DNA from: an uncultured Methanosarcinales archaeon
Lineage (GTDB): Archaea > Nanobdellota > Nanobdellia > Woesearchaeales > GW2011-AR9
Direction of reading: 5' to 3'
Assembly (NCBI GenBank): GCA_964552945.1
Contig: CAZKIP010000004.1
Coordinates: 25,794-89,793, forward strand
DNA length: 64,000 nucleotides
The stretch's first letter is position 1; each line of letters begins with the position of its first letter. The notes beneath the pieces are model-generated. The model saw only the letters and a list, made by a program, of their open reading frames with translations, did no database searches and had not been told where the DNA came from. Of the stretch, positions 46,881 through 56,124 are shown piece after piece. The translations under genes were made by a program, and so were the position numbers.

Positions 46881-48068
46881 ATGCAAGAAACTTTAGATTA
46901 CCTTTACAACCTAAAAGTCTTTGGAAGTAAACTAGGTTTAGAAAACATGCGCCAGTTAATGGAAGCACTAAATTTTCCTTATAGAAAGTTCCCAGCAGTA
47001 CACATAGCGGGAACAAATGGTAAAGGAAGTACCTGTGCCTTTCTATCTTTAATCTTAAGAGAAGCAGGATATAAAGTAGGCCTTTATACAAGCCCCCATT
47101 TGATAAAGTTTAATGAGCGAATAAGAATAAATGGAAAAGAAATAACTGATGAGGAATTAGTTAATCTCACAAAACAAATTAAAAAAGTAATTGAAACCAA
47201 TAAAATTAGTACAACTTTCTTTGAATTTACAACGGCCTTAGCATTCCTTTATTTTGCTCAAGAAAATGTTGACATAGCTATAATAGAAGTTGGCTTGGGA
47301 GGAAAGTTGGACGCTACCAATGTTATTATTCCTGAAGTTGCAGGTATAACAAACATCAGTTTTGATCATACAAAAATTCTTGGTGAAACTAAAAAAGAGA
47401 TAGCTTATGAGAAAGCAGGAATTATAAAATCAGGTGTCCCAGTAGTGTGTGGAGAAGAGGATTCTGAAATATTTGATTATTTACAAAGTTTGGCTAATGA
47501 AAGAGGTTCAACCTTTGTTGCTTCTGAAAAAGAACCTCTTTTTGAAATTGGTTTAGAAGGAGAGCATCAAAAGAAAAATGCTTCTTTAGCTCTTACAATT
47601 CTAAACATTTTGGAAAAGAAAGGTTTTCCTGTAAAAAATAAGGATAAGAAGAATGGTTTGTTAAAAGTAGAATGGGCAGGAAGATTGCAAAAACTTTCAG
47701 AGAACGTTTTAATTGATGGTGCTCATAATGAAGCAGGAATGAAATCTTTGGTTTCTTATGTTAAAAAATTAGAAAATAGAAAAGTTTTAGTTTTGGCTTT
47801 TGCTAAAGATAAAGAATTTGCAAAAATGGTCCCAATGATCGTACCATTATTTGAAAGAATAATCATTACTAAGGGAAGTTTTAAACCAGAAGAAACAGCA
47901 GTTATTTCTAAAGAAGTGAGAAAATATACGAAAAATGTGCAGGAAATACCTTTAATTACAGAAGCAATTGAAAAAGCAACCAACATTTCTGAAGGAGGTT
48001 TAATCTTATTTACAGGTTCATTATATATGGCAGGAGATGTTTTGAAGTCTCGAAATTTATTTAAATAA
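46881..48068 (+). CDS. folC: Folylpolyglutamate synthase / dihydrofolate synthase
   Basis: HIAGTNGKGST is the Mur-ligase P-loop. 395 aa. Confidence 0.8.
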   Translation: MQETLDYLYNLKVFGSKLGLENMRQLMEALNFPYRKFPAVHIAGTNGKGSTCAFLSLILREAGYKVGLYTSPHLIKFNERIRINGKEITDEELVNLTKQIKKVIETNKISTTFFEFTTALAFLYFAQENVDIAIIEVGLGGKLDATNVIIPEVAGITNISFDHTKILGETKKEIAYEKAGIIKSGVPVVCGEEDSEIFDYLQSLANERGSTFVASEKEPLFEIGLEGEHQKKNASLALTILNILEKKGFPVKNKDKKNGLLKVEWAGRLQKLSENVLIDGAHNEAGMKSLVSYVKKLENRKVLVLAFAKDKEFAKMVPMIVPLFERIIITKGSFKPEETAVISKEVRKYTKNVQEIPLITEAIEKATNISEGGLILFTGSLYMAGDVLKSRNLFK

Positions 48069-48086
48069 TCCTTCTATGTAGATATT

Positions 48087-48818
48087 ATGAAGTTTAAGAG
48101 ATTATTTTCAAATCGTTCCATTTTCTTTATGTTGATATTTTTTATTTTAACATTAATTTCTAAGAACATCAATTTTTCTTCCTTGATAGGGGAAGCAAAC
48201 CAGTTTTTTACACTCTTCCAATTCTTTGGTCCAACAGCTGGTGCATTTCTTGGTCCATGGGTAGGAGGGGTAGCAGTATTATTTTCTCAATTGGCAGATT
48301 TTCTCTTAATGGGGAAAGAGATGAGTTTAGTAAGCATTTTGAGATTTTTACCAATGCTTTTTGCAGTTTATTATTTTGGGAGTAAAAGAAAAATTACAAG
48401 TTCTCTAATTTGTTTAGTCAGTATTTTTTTGTTTGTAATTCATCCGGTAGGAAGGGAAGTGTGGTTTCTTTCATTTTTTTGGCTAATCCCTATACTAGGG
48501 AAGGTTCTTCCTGATAAAATGAAAGGAGCTTTGCTATTAAGAAGCTTTGGAGCTACATTTACGGCTCATGCGGTTGGATCTGCAATTTGGATTTATACCG
48601 TTCCTATGACTGCTGGTCAATGGGTTTCGTTAGTTCCAATAATTGCTTATGAAAGATTTTTGTTTGGTTTAGGTATTGCTGGTTCTTATATTATATTTAA
48701 CACAGTATTGGACTTCTTAATTTGTAAACTGAAACTTAAAGTTCCTACAAGTGTTTTGTTTCTTGAAAAAAAATATACTCTTTCTAAACTTTCTAAAACT
48801 ATTAACTTATCAAAATAA
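48087..48818 (+). CDS. Multi-TM membrane protein, function unknown (possible small-molecule transporter S-component)
   Basis: 243 aa, ~6 TM. Adjacent to folC. Confidence 0.4.
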   Translation: MKFKRLFSNRSIFFMLIFFILTLISKNINFSSLIGEANQFFTLFQFFGPTAGAFLGPWVGGVAVLFSQLADFLLMGKEMSLVSILRFLPMLFAVYYFGSKRKITSSLICLVSIFLFVIHPVGREVWFLSFFWLIPILGKVLPDKMKGALLLRSFGATFTAHAVGSAIWIYTVPMTAGQWVSLVPIIAYERFLFGLGIAGSYIIFNTVLDFLICKLKLKVPTSVLFLEKKYTLSKLSKTINLSK

Positions 48819-49985
48819 GCCACTTAAGAAAGGGTAAACTAAGTTTAGAAGTAAGACAATTAGAAAGAATATGCTTACCTTAGCATAATATCTGTCTCCT
48901 TTTTCTTTCCCCTTTAACCTCTGAAGGAATACTTGGGCCATTCTTCCACCATCAACAATAGGTAGAGGAAGCAAGTTGAAAATTCCAATACCTAAACTTA
49001 ATAGGAATAACCATCTTAAAAAACCGGTGAACCAAGTTATAAAACTATGAATAAAAGTCCAAAATGAAGATTGATATTTCTCTTTAATTTCGTACTCATT
49101 TTTAATTTCTTTAATTCCCAAGAACCCTCTCTTAGGAAAATCTGGATTTTGTGCTAGAGTGATAGTGTAATCTTCTATTTCGGTATTAATTGTTATTTTT
49201 TCTCCAGGCCTATAAACTCTCAACTCTTCACTAAATTCTTCAAACTTAGTAATCCCTTGTCCGTTAATTCCATTAACTATTGTTCCAGGAAGTATTCCTG
49301 CTTTAGCAAAAGGCAAATCTTCACTTACATAGCTATCAAAAGTAAAACCATCTCCTGTAGCCATTCCAGATAGGGCAGGGGCTATTAAAGTTAGGAGTAG
49401 TAATGCTAAGACTGCTAGAACAATGTTAGAGAATGAGCCTGCAGCAAGAACGGAATATTGTACAATGTCCTCTTTTTTTCTTAATTGATTTTCATCAGGT
49501 TCAACAAATGCTCCCAATATTGGACCAAGTAAAACAATTCCCGTATTTTTTACTTTTAATTTGTGAGCCATTGCTACAATTCCGTGAGAGAACTCATGAA
49601 CAACGGCAATAATAAAAATGGCTATAATCCAATCCCAAAAAGGAAGAATCCCTAGTCCAGGAACGGTCATTCCAGGGTAAACTAAAGAAGCCGAGGAAAC
49701 AATTTCTTCAACTGTAAAGTATTCAATTAATGTTCTAACTAAATAATATGAGATGAAAACTAAACCTACAAAACCAACTCCTACTCCAGTATAACCAAGA
49801 AGAATAACCCATTCACGGAACTTTTTAGAATATTTGTCCATCCATTTAATTCCCCATTGCATACGATAGAGAAAAATTACTTTTGCCTGAACATCAACTT
49901 TCTTTCTTTTTAGATAAAGGAAGAGAATTATTAGTAAATAGAATAAAAAAATAAATTTGTATTTTAAAAAAATTTCTACAAGCAT
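48810..49985 (-). CDS. Site-2 protease (M50 family intramembrane metalloprotease) with a PDZ domain
   Basis: HEFSHGIVA is the HExxH motif within a TM. The tracked ORF extends to TTG 50003. The first ATG is at 49985 (MLVEIFL...). Confidence 0.75.
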   Translation of the reverse strand: MLVEIFLKYKFIFLFYLLIILFLYLKRKKVDVQAKVIFLYRMQWGIKWMDKYSKKFREWVILLGYTGVGVGFVGLVFISYYLVRTLIEYFTVEEIVSSASLVYPGMTVPGLGILPFWDWIIAIFIIAVVHEFSHGIVAMAHKLKVKNTGIVLLGPILGAFVEPDENQLRKKEDIVQYSVLAAGSFSNIVLAVLALLLLTLIAPALSGMATGDGFTFDSYVSEDLPFAKAGILPGTIVNGINGQGITKFEEFSEELRVYRPGEKITINTEIEDYTITLAQNPDFPKRGFLGIKEIKNEYEIKEKYQSSFWTFIHSFITWFTGFLRWLFLLSLGIGIFNLLPLPIVDGGRMAQVFLQRLKGKEKGDRYYAKVSIFFLIVLLLNLVYPFLSGLF

Positions 49986-50009
49986 AGTTAAAAGAAAAAA
50001 CAAGAGTAT

Positions 50010-50174
50010 TTATTTCTTTCTCTTTGGTCTAAGCTTTTTAGTGGCACCTTTTCCCCTTCCTCTGATCTTACCAGCTTGTACTTTAAGAGGGTTTGCCCTA
50101 ATCTTACGCTTTGTTTTTCGATCTACGAAAATGTTCTTAAACAGGCGCTTTTCAGCTTCTTCAAATTTAGCCAT
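50010..50174 (-). CDS. rpl40e: Ribosomal protein L40e-like small basic protein lacking the Zn-ribbon cysteines
   Basis: MAKFEEAEKRLFKNIFVDRKTKRKIRANPLKVQAGKIRGRGKGATKKLRPKRKK (54 aa). Not in the ORF track. Matches archaeal L40e at MAxFxEAExRL...NP...LRPK, but has no Cys. Confidence 0.45.
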   Translation of the reverse strand: MAKFEEAEKRLFKNIFVDRKTKRKIRANPLKVQAGKIRGRGKGATKKLRPKRKK

Positions 50175-50185
50175 TCTTTATATCC

Positions 50186-50584
50186 TCATTTAACTTGCTT
50201 CATTATCTTTGATCCCATTATTGTCCAGTAAAGGACTTCTTTACCTTCTGCTACTTGATCTTTAAGTTCTTCAGGGATATCAAGATCCATTGTTTCATAA
50301 CTTTCTAAGTCCATCACACTGGCAGTGTTTCCAGAAACTGATAACACTTGTGCGGTTTTCTTTTCAATTATTGGGGCTTCAACTTTATCGTGCCCCGGCA
50401 TGGTTAGTTGTCTTTTTTTACCATCTATAAGGCCAACTGCCATTAAATTTACTTTTGCGTGACCATGTTTTCCTGGTCGTGATGTTGAGGTATCAATAAT
50501 TTTACATGCGACACCATCAATAATGATTGTTTCTCCTTTCTTTAATGAACCTACACTGATTGTTTTCTTTTCATAATCACTCAT
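50186..50584 (-). CDS. eif5a: Translation initiation factor 5A (aIF-5A)
   Basis: MSDYEKKTISVGSLKKGETIIIDGVACKIIDTSTSRPGKHGHAKVNLMAVGLIDGKKR. The hypusine-site loop GKHGHAK is present. The tracked ORF starts at GTG 50593. Confidence 0.85.
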   Translation of the reverse strand: MSDYEKKTISVGSLKKGETIIIDGVACKIIDTSTSRPGKHGHAKVNLMAVGLIDGKKRQLTMPGHDKVEAPIIEKKTAQVLSVSGNTASVMDLESYETMDLDIPEELKDQVAEGKEVLYWTIMGSKIMKQVK

Positions 50585-50595
50585 GATAACCACCT

Positions 50596-50805
50596 TTATT
50601 TAATTGCTAACAAAATATCTTTTTCAGTTATTGTTTTTCTGCCAGCGTGCTCAGCAAATTTCTTCGCTTCATTTGAAATTTCTAGAGCCTTTTTCTCAAG
50701 AGCTTCAGCCAATGCCGCTTTTGCATCATCTGAAACACGTAATCCCCCTGCCTCACGCATAATTTTATCCATTGCGTTATGAGAGAGAAATCTCTTTTTT
50801 GTCAT
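50596..50805 (-). CDS. Archaeal histone (HMf family)
   Basis: 69 aa histone fold: AMDKIMREAGGLRVSDDAKAALAEALEKKALEISNEAKKFAEHAGRKTITEKDILLAIK. Confidence 0.8.
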   Translation of the reverse strand: MTKKRFLSHNAMDKIMREAGGLRVSDDAKAALAEALEKKALEISNEAKKFAEHAGRKTITEKDILLAIK

Positions 50806-50877
50806 GAATAAGCAGAATAATGTACCATTTTTAAAGTTATCGATACATTTTTGCTTTATTTACCCAAAAATCCTTAT

Positions 50878-51546
50878 TTAAGGCTTGAAATAATCCCATA
50901 TTTTTCTCGGTTTTTTACTTCTAAGGAGGCCGTTTATTTCTTTTTCAACTTCTTTCATATTGGGATATTGAAGTTCTGCTCTCTTAAAATCTGGAGAATG
51001 ATATGAACTTCGCCCATTTTTGTGGTTAAATTTGAAATGTTTATGCAAAAGTTCGTGATACATTAAATAATCAAGAATGTGTGTTGGAGCGTCTTTAAAG
51101 AGGGTAGAAATTGTTACTGTATCATCATGGAAGTTATAACAAGCTAATTTTCTTCGCGAATCTGTCCCCCACTTTATGTTAGGTTTTTCCATTTCATTTT
51201 GGAAAAAAAGTTCATTAATTCGATTGAAAGAATGATCTAAATAGGGTTCATTTTCTTTTTTCGGAGTTAAAATGTGGATATTTTTAATGAAATTGTGATA
51301 AAGTTCAATATTTGGAGTGTTTTTTTTATTTTTGAGAATTTTTCCCAGTAGGTGTTGGATTAACCCTATTTTGATTTCTTCATCTATATCCTTCCATTGC
51401 AAGTTTAGATGTACTTTTATCAAGTTTCTATGGAGGGTAATGTTAGCATTGAATGAAGAAAGTCGACGATTGTATTCTAGGTATGTTTGATATAGGAACT
51501 CTTTGTTTGGAAAAAGTCTTTGATAGGATTCTTGGATGAGATTCAT
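50878..51546 (-). CDS. SprT-like/DUF45 zinc metallohydrolase
   Basis: YLMYHELLHKHFKFNHKNGRSSYHSPDF has HExxH followed by NH and a distal His. Confidence 0.5.
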   Translation of the reverse strand: MNLIQESYQRLFPNKEFLYQTYLEYNRRLSSFNANITLHRNLIKVHLNLQWKDIDEEIKIGLIQHLLGKILKNKKNTPNIELYHNFIKNIHILTPKKENEPYLDHSFNRINELFFQNEMEKPNIKWGTDSRRKLACYNFHDDTVTISTLFKDAPTHILDYLMYHELLHKHFKFNHKNGRSSYHSPDFKRAELQYPNMKEVEKEINGLLRSKKPRKIWDYFKP

Positions 51547-51570
51547 TTTATTATTCTAATTACACTGTAA

Positions 51571-52680
51571 CTACCCTATCTCAAATCTCAAAATAGCAGC
51601 AATTCCACCTAAATCTTTCAGCTGAACACCTTCTCTAGTTTCTGTAGAAATAATCTTTACTTCTGAACCACCAGCTTGAGCTTTCTCTTCTAAATCAAAA
51701 ATCTTGTCTTCAGGAAGTGTTTCTGATAGAAATAAAGTAGCAATAGCGTTCATATCAAGGGCTTTAAGGATTTCTTTTTCTCCATAAGCTGCCTTGTTTG
51801 GATTATCTCTAAAAACTGCAAAAAAGGATTGCATAGCCTCTTTCTCTTGAGCAACTTCTTCCTCCGCTAGAAGATCAGAAGATTTATCCAGCAATTCTTG
51901 TAAGCCAAAATCTCCGGTATAAGAAAGGTCTTTGGTTCCGATAATCTTCTTCTTTAGGTCACCTGTCAAATAATCTTTATTTATGAAATCTTGTATGGTT
52001 GTTCCAGGACCACCAATAATTATTCCTTTCAAATTGTTTCCTAAATGAAGAAGTTGTTCTTTCATATGCTCTGAAATCTTTTTGAAATGGTCTTTGTATG
52101 CACCTTCTCTTTGTCTTGCAAACCTTTGTGCTGATTGCCCACCCGCTTTAAATTTTCCAGGAACTTCTGAATGTGTTTTCTTTAATGGAACAATGGTTTT
52201 CCCTTTTAGTAAAGCAATCACAGCATCTCTTCTATCCAATACAACAAGGCCATATACGTTATGTTCTACTAACATCTCATTGAGGATGTCGGTAACAAAC
52301 ATCTTGTCACAACGATAGATTCTGGTGTTTAATGGAACAGCTGGTTCAAAACTCCATACTTTGATGTCTAATTTACCTTCTCCGGCTGCAACATTTCCTG
52401 AGAATACTGCTAAACCATTTGGTGGAGTTCTTCCAATAGTTTTCAGATGTTGAATCATTTTTTCTAGAGCCATCTGAACATTTTTTCTGGTAGAAGCAGA
52501 TTTAATATTTGCAGCAGTTCCATATTCTTCTTGTAAGTGCTGTTGAATTTTGATTAAATCATATCCTGCAGGTACATAGACAGTAACAAATTCCGTGTGA
52601 GGAGCGCGGTAGCTAACTAACTCTTTGATTAACCTTTTTAGTTTCAATCTTTCTTGTGCAGTTAAGCTTGCCATATTCAT
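51571..52680 (-). CDS. prf1: Peptide chain release factor aRF1
   Basis: TAANIKSAS (NIKS motif) and GGQSAQRFAR (GGQ motif). 369 aa. Confidence 0.85.
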   Translation of the reverse strand: MNMASLTAQERLKLKRLIKELVSYRAPHTEFVTVYVPAGYDLIKIQQHLQEEYGTAANIKSASTRKNVQMALEKMIQHLKTIGRTPPNGLAVFSGNVAAGEGKLDIKVWSFEPAVPLNTRIYRCDKMFVTDILNEMLVEHNVYGLVVLDRRDAVIALLKGKTIVPLKKTHSEVPGKFKAGGQSAQRFARQREGAYKDHFKKISEHMKEQLLHLGNNLKGIIIGGPGTTIQDFINKDYLTGDLKKKIIGTKDLSYTGDFGLQELLDKSSDLLAEEEVAQEKEAMQSFFAVFRDNPNKAAYGEKEILKALDMNAIATLFLSETLPEDKIFDLEEKAQAGGSEVKIISTETREGVQLKDLGGIAAILRFEIG

Positions 52681-52724
52681 ATATTATAGAAGATTGTTTA
52701 TAAAGATAACTGCTCTTAATCCTA

Positions 52725-52800
52725 TTCAAGAATATAATTCTTGTATACTAGGGCACGGCGCCATTATGAGCTTCATGCCTTCAGCCCATCGCCTCCTTGG
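52725..52800 (-). ncRNA. Candidate small structured RNA: GC-rich core closed by a perfect 9-bp inverted repeat (gtatactag...ctagtatac)
   Basis: ~55-60 % GC island within AT-rich intergenic DNA, between the AK-like gene and aRF1. A T-run (gggttttttg on the minus strand) precedes it. Strand and class unresolved. Confidence 0.25.
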
Positions 52801-52819
52801 CGCTAGTATACAAAAAACC

Positions 52820-53302
52820 CTATAAGGCTTTAGAAATCTTAGAAATAAATTCTTTCTGAGTAATTTTCTTAGAAGTATCAAACACAACAACTTTGTGCCC
52901 CCTTTCCTTGGATTCCATTAAACATATTTGAAATATCTCTGCATCCAAGTTCTCCCTTATTTTTTTCTTACTATATTTTCGTTCTTGCAACCTTTTTTCC
53001 AGTTTCTTTAAGTTTGAACAAATTAAAATAATGGATAACTTAACCATGCTTTTTGGAAGAAGATGGGATATATGAGAATCCAAAATAAGATTGCCCTCTT
53101 TCAATTTTGATTTAACAAATTTCTCTAACTTTTTGATATCGATATCATAACATTTTTTTGATTTGTCATATCCTGTAGAAATCTCTTTATAATGGTCATG
53201 CAAATTGATTCTTTTGTAATTTAATTTTTTTTCTAATAAAAGAGCTAAAGTAGATTTACCTGTCCCAGGAGAACCAGAAATTGTGATTAGATTAAACTTC
53301 AT
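52820..53302 (-). CDS. Adenylate-kinase-like P-loop NTPase (Fap7/AK6-like)
   Basis: MKFNLITISGSPGTGKSTLALLL. 160 aa. Confidence 0.55.
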   Translation of the reverse strand: MKFNLITISGSPGTGKSTLALLLEKKLNYKRINLHDHYKEISTGYDKSKKCYDIDIKKLEKFVKSKLKEGNLILDSHISHLLPKSMVKLSIILICSNLKKLEKRLQERKYSKKKIRENLDAEIFQICLMESKERGHKVVVFDTSKKITQKEFISKISKAL

Positions 53303-55029
53303 TTGGATTTCTTTTTCTTATCCTTTTGTCTATGCCTAATATGATGATGTCTCATGAATCTATGTACAAGATGTTGGTGGAAAACCGATTCAATTAATAA
53401 TATTATTAAGAATAAAACTACAACATATCCAACAATGATCCCCAAATCTATCCAGACATCTTTTAGAGTTGATCCGAAAAGAAATAATTCTCTAACTAAA
53501 CTTTCTGAGAGAACAAATGGATTAAACAAGGCAATGTTACGGATTACTGCAGAAACACTTTCCAAAGGAAGGATTAAACCAGAGAATAGAAGAAATAAGC
53601 TGCCTAAGGAAATTGTTGCTAATACACCGGTTTCTTCAGATTTGAAAAGATAACCAACAATCATTCCTAAAAAAGTAAATACGGATGAAGAGATTAATAA
53701 CACTAAAGCGACAGCAGGAATCTTCTCCAATGCACCTTCCAGGAAAATTAAGGAAATTCCCAAGATAATGGTTATTTGAACTATGTTTAAAATTAGATTT
53801 GTTAAATAAATAGAACTTATGAAAGTTATTTTTCTAACTGGAAGGAAAAAGTTTCTTTGGAAAGCCGGACTATTTTTTTCCATCATTACTAAAGTTGTTC
53901 CCAGTACTAAGGAACTAAACATAATTACTAAAATAAGTAAACTTGAGAAAAGATAGTTTAAGTAAGTGCTTTCTTCATTAACAGTTTCAATTTTTGTAGT
54001 AATTGGCGAAGTAATTGTATCCACTTGGGTAACTTTAACTCCATCGACTTTCTTTTTCAATTCATCAACCTTACTTTGAACATTTTCTAAAGAAGCTAAA
54101 CTTTCTTTAAGATTGGCATTTACGCTACTTAAATCATTGTTACTTGAACTTATTTTTTCAGTTGCTGTTTTTAATTTTGTACTAATAGAATTTAATTCTA
54201 TATTCATATCTGTTACGATACTATCTAAGTTAGGAGAAGTGTTTCCTTTTAATCTTGAAATGGCATTATCTAATTCTTTCTCTGCATTTCCAATTAAGAC
54301 AAGTATGGGGGTTTTAGAAGCATTGCTTAATGAAGACACGCTTACCTTGGATTGTGCATCTTTTAAGAGTGTTCTTCCTTTTTTAACATCGGCATCTATG
54401 GTGTCTATTATACTCACATCATACCCCGAGGAATAAACTTTTAGGTCTAAACCTCCTAAGTTTGAGGTGGCAGATTCAGCTGATGTAGAAGCCCCACTTG
54501 TTTTATCTTTAATTGCATTAATTACTGGTTGGTTTTCAGATAAGAAATTTTTTGTATCTGCCAATTTAGAAACAAGGTTTTGGGTAAGTCCTTGAGAGAT
54601 TTCTTGAGATTTAATATTAAATTTATTCTTAACAGTTTCTTGAATCATCCAAACTAAATTAATTCGGCTTCTGTCAAGATAGAAAGTAACTTCTCTAGCT
54701 TCATTACTTTCAACGCTTAGACTTTCGGGTAAAGATAAACAAACATGGATGCTTCCTTTTTTAATTTGTTTTAAGCAATCATCTAACGATTCTTCATATT
54801 TAGTTATGGTAAATTCTTCATCTTGTAATATATTGATGAACTCGTTAACATCATCGGTAAAAGAAGTACTATGTACTCCAATGTTAAGCTCATATTGAGC
54901 AGAATTATTGAACGATAAACCAATAATAAACATTAATAATAGTGGAGCGAAAATTACGATAAGGGCGGAACCTTTCGCTCTAATTAACAAACGAAGGTTT
55001 TTCTTAGTAAGTAACCACAACTTTTTCAT
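53299..55029 (-). CDS. ABC-2 type transporter permease with a large extracytoplasmic coiled-coil domain (YhgE/Pip-like)
   Basis: One N-terminal TM, ~330 aa of Ser/Thr/Leu-rich helical ectodomain, then 5 C-terminal TMs. ATGA-overlaps the ABC ATPase gene. Confidence 0.55.
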   Translation of the reverse strand: MKKLWLLTKKNLRLLIRAKGSALIVIFAPLLLMFIIGLSFNNSAQYELNIGVHSTSFTDDVNEFINILQDEEFTITKYEESLDDCLKQIKKGSIHVCLSLPESLSVESNEAREVTFYLDRSRINLVWMIQETVKNKFNIKSQEISQGLTQNLVSKLADTKNFLSENQPVINAIKDKTSGASTSAESATSNLGGLDLKVYSSGYDVSIIDTIDADVKKGRTLLKDAQSKVSVSSLSNASKTPILVLIGNAEKELDNAISRLKGNTSPNLDSIVTDMNIELNSISTKLKTATEKISSSNNDLSSVNANLKESLASLENVQSKVDELKKKVDGVKVTQVDTITSPITTKIETVNEESTYLNYLFSSLLILVIMFSSLVLGTTLVMMEKNSPAFQRNFFLPVRKITFISSIYLTNLILNIVQITIILGISLIFLEGALEKIPAVALVLLISSSVFTFLGMIVGYLFKSEETGVLATISLGSLFLLFSGLILPLESVSAVIRNIALFNPFVLSESLVRELFLFGSTLKDVWIDLGIIVGYVVVLFLIILLIESVFHQHLVHRFMRHHHIRHRQKDKKKKSK

Positions 55030-55031
55030 TT

Positions 55032-55976
55032 TTATGCCTCAAGCACAATATCTTCAAATATTTCGTTAAGTGAAGGTTTACGTAAATCCATGTTATGTAA
55101 ATAAAGTCCTTCTTCTTGAATCGTGCTTAGAAGACTATTAACAGTCTTACCAACATGTTCAGGATAAATAATTAAACTATGTCCCTTGTCTACAATTTTC
55201 TTTATAGGATATTGTTTGAATTTCTCAATTAATTCTTCTTTGTTTTGTTGAGAGTGAACGCTTATCGTGAAATGGTCTCTTAAGTAAGGCTTTTTGATTT
55301 CTTCCATTAAACCATGGGTGTGTACTTTCCCTTTGTGAACAATTGCAACTTTGTTACAAATTTTTTCAATGCTTTCTAAATGATGAGAAGCTATAACTAT
55401 TGTAATTCCTTGTTCATTAACATCTTGAATAAGGTGAAGAATTTCTTTTTGTAAGATTGGATCTAAATCTGCTGTTGGTTCGTCAAGGATAAGTGTTTTA
55501 GGTTTATGTACTAAACTGCAAGAGATATCTAACCTCTTCTGCATTCCTCCGGAAAGATGTTCTGCAAGTTTATGTTTGTGATCATATAATCCTGTAATTT
55601 TGAGTAGGTTTTTGATGTTAATTACTAAAATGTCTTTCTTCATACCATATAATAATCCGAAATGTAACATATTTTCAGCAACGGTCAATTTTGGATAGAA
55701 TGAATTATGTTGGGGAGTGAAACCAATGCTTTTTTTCAATTTGTGAAGATTCTCATTTAAATCTCTTTCTTCATTGTTAACATTAGAAAATACAACTATC
55801 TCTCCTTCGGAAGGTTCTAAGAATCCAGCTACAAGATTTAGGAGGGTAGTTTTTCCACTTCCAGATTGACCAATTACACCTAAAATGTCTCCTTTCTCAA
55901 TAGTTAAATTTACTTTACTAAGTACTGGAGCCTTTCCATAACTCTTACTAACCTCTTTTAATTTGATTAAATCCAC
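55032..55976 (-). CDS. ABC transporter ATP-binding protein
   Basis: GQSGSGKTTL (Walker A), LSGGMQKRLDISCSL (signature), LILDEPT (Walker B). GTG start. Confidence 0.85.
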   Translation of the reverse strand: MDLIKLKEVSKSYGKAPVLSKVNLTIEKGDILGVIGQSGSGKTTLLNLVAGFLEPSEGEIVVFSNVNNEERDLNENLHKLKKSIGFTPQHNSFYPKLTVAENMLHFGLLYGMKKDILVINIKNLLKITGLYDHKHKLAEHLSGGMQKRLDISCSLVHKPKTLILDEPTADLDPILQKEILHLIQDVNEQGITIVIASHHLESIEKICNKVAIVHKGKVHTHGLMEEIKKPYLRDHFTISVHSQQNKEELIEKFKQYPIKKIVDKGHSLIIYPEHVGKTVNSLLSTIQEEGLYLHNMDLRKPSLNEIFEDIVLEA

Positions 55977-56124
55977 AAAAGGATGAATTAATAGAGATAT
56001 ATAAACTTTTTGGGGAGTCTCCTATTAATTATTTACAATATTTACTTTTAGAAATCATGATGAATTCGTCATCAACCGGTTGTGGGGAAGATTCTTAAAT
56101 TGTAACTTTGCTTCTTTATCTAAA

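Noticed and set aside
49957-50193. 78-aa plus-strand ORF
   Set aside because: It is antisense to the L40e-like gene and the start of the S2P gene, and the peptide is hydrophobic and low-complexity.
52741-52800. tRNA in the GC-rich hairpin upstream of aRF1
   Set aside because: It is only ~60 nt between the inverted repeats, there is no T-loop (GTTCRANYC) or D-loop signature, and it cannot form a cloverleaf. It is kept only as a low-confidence sRNA candidate.
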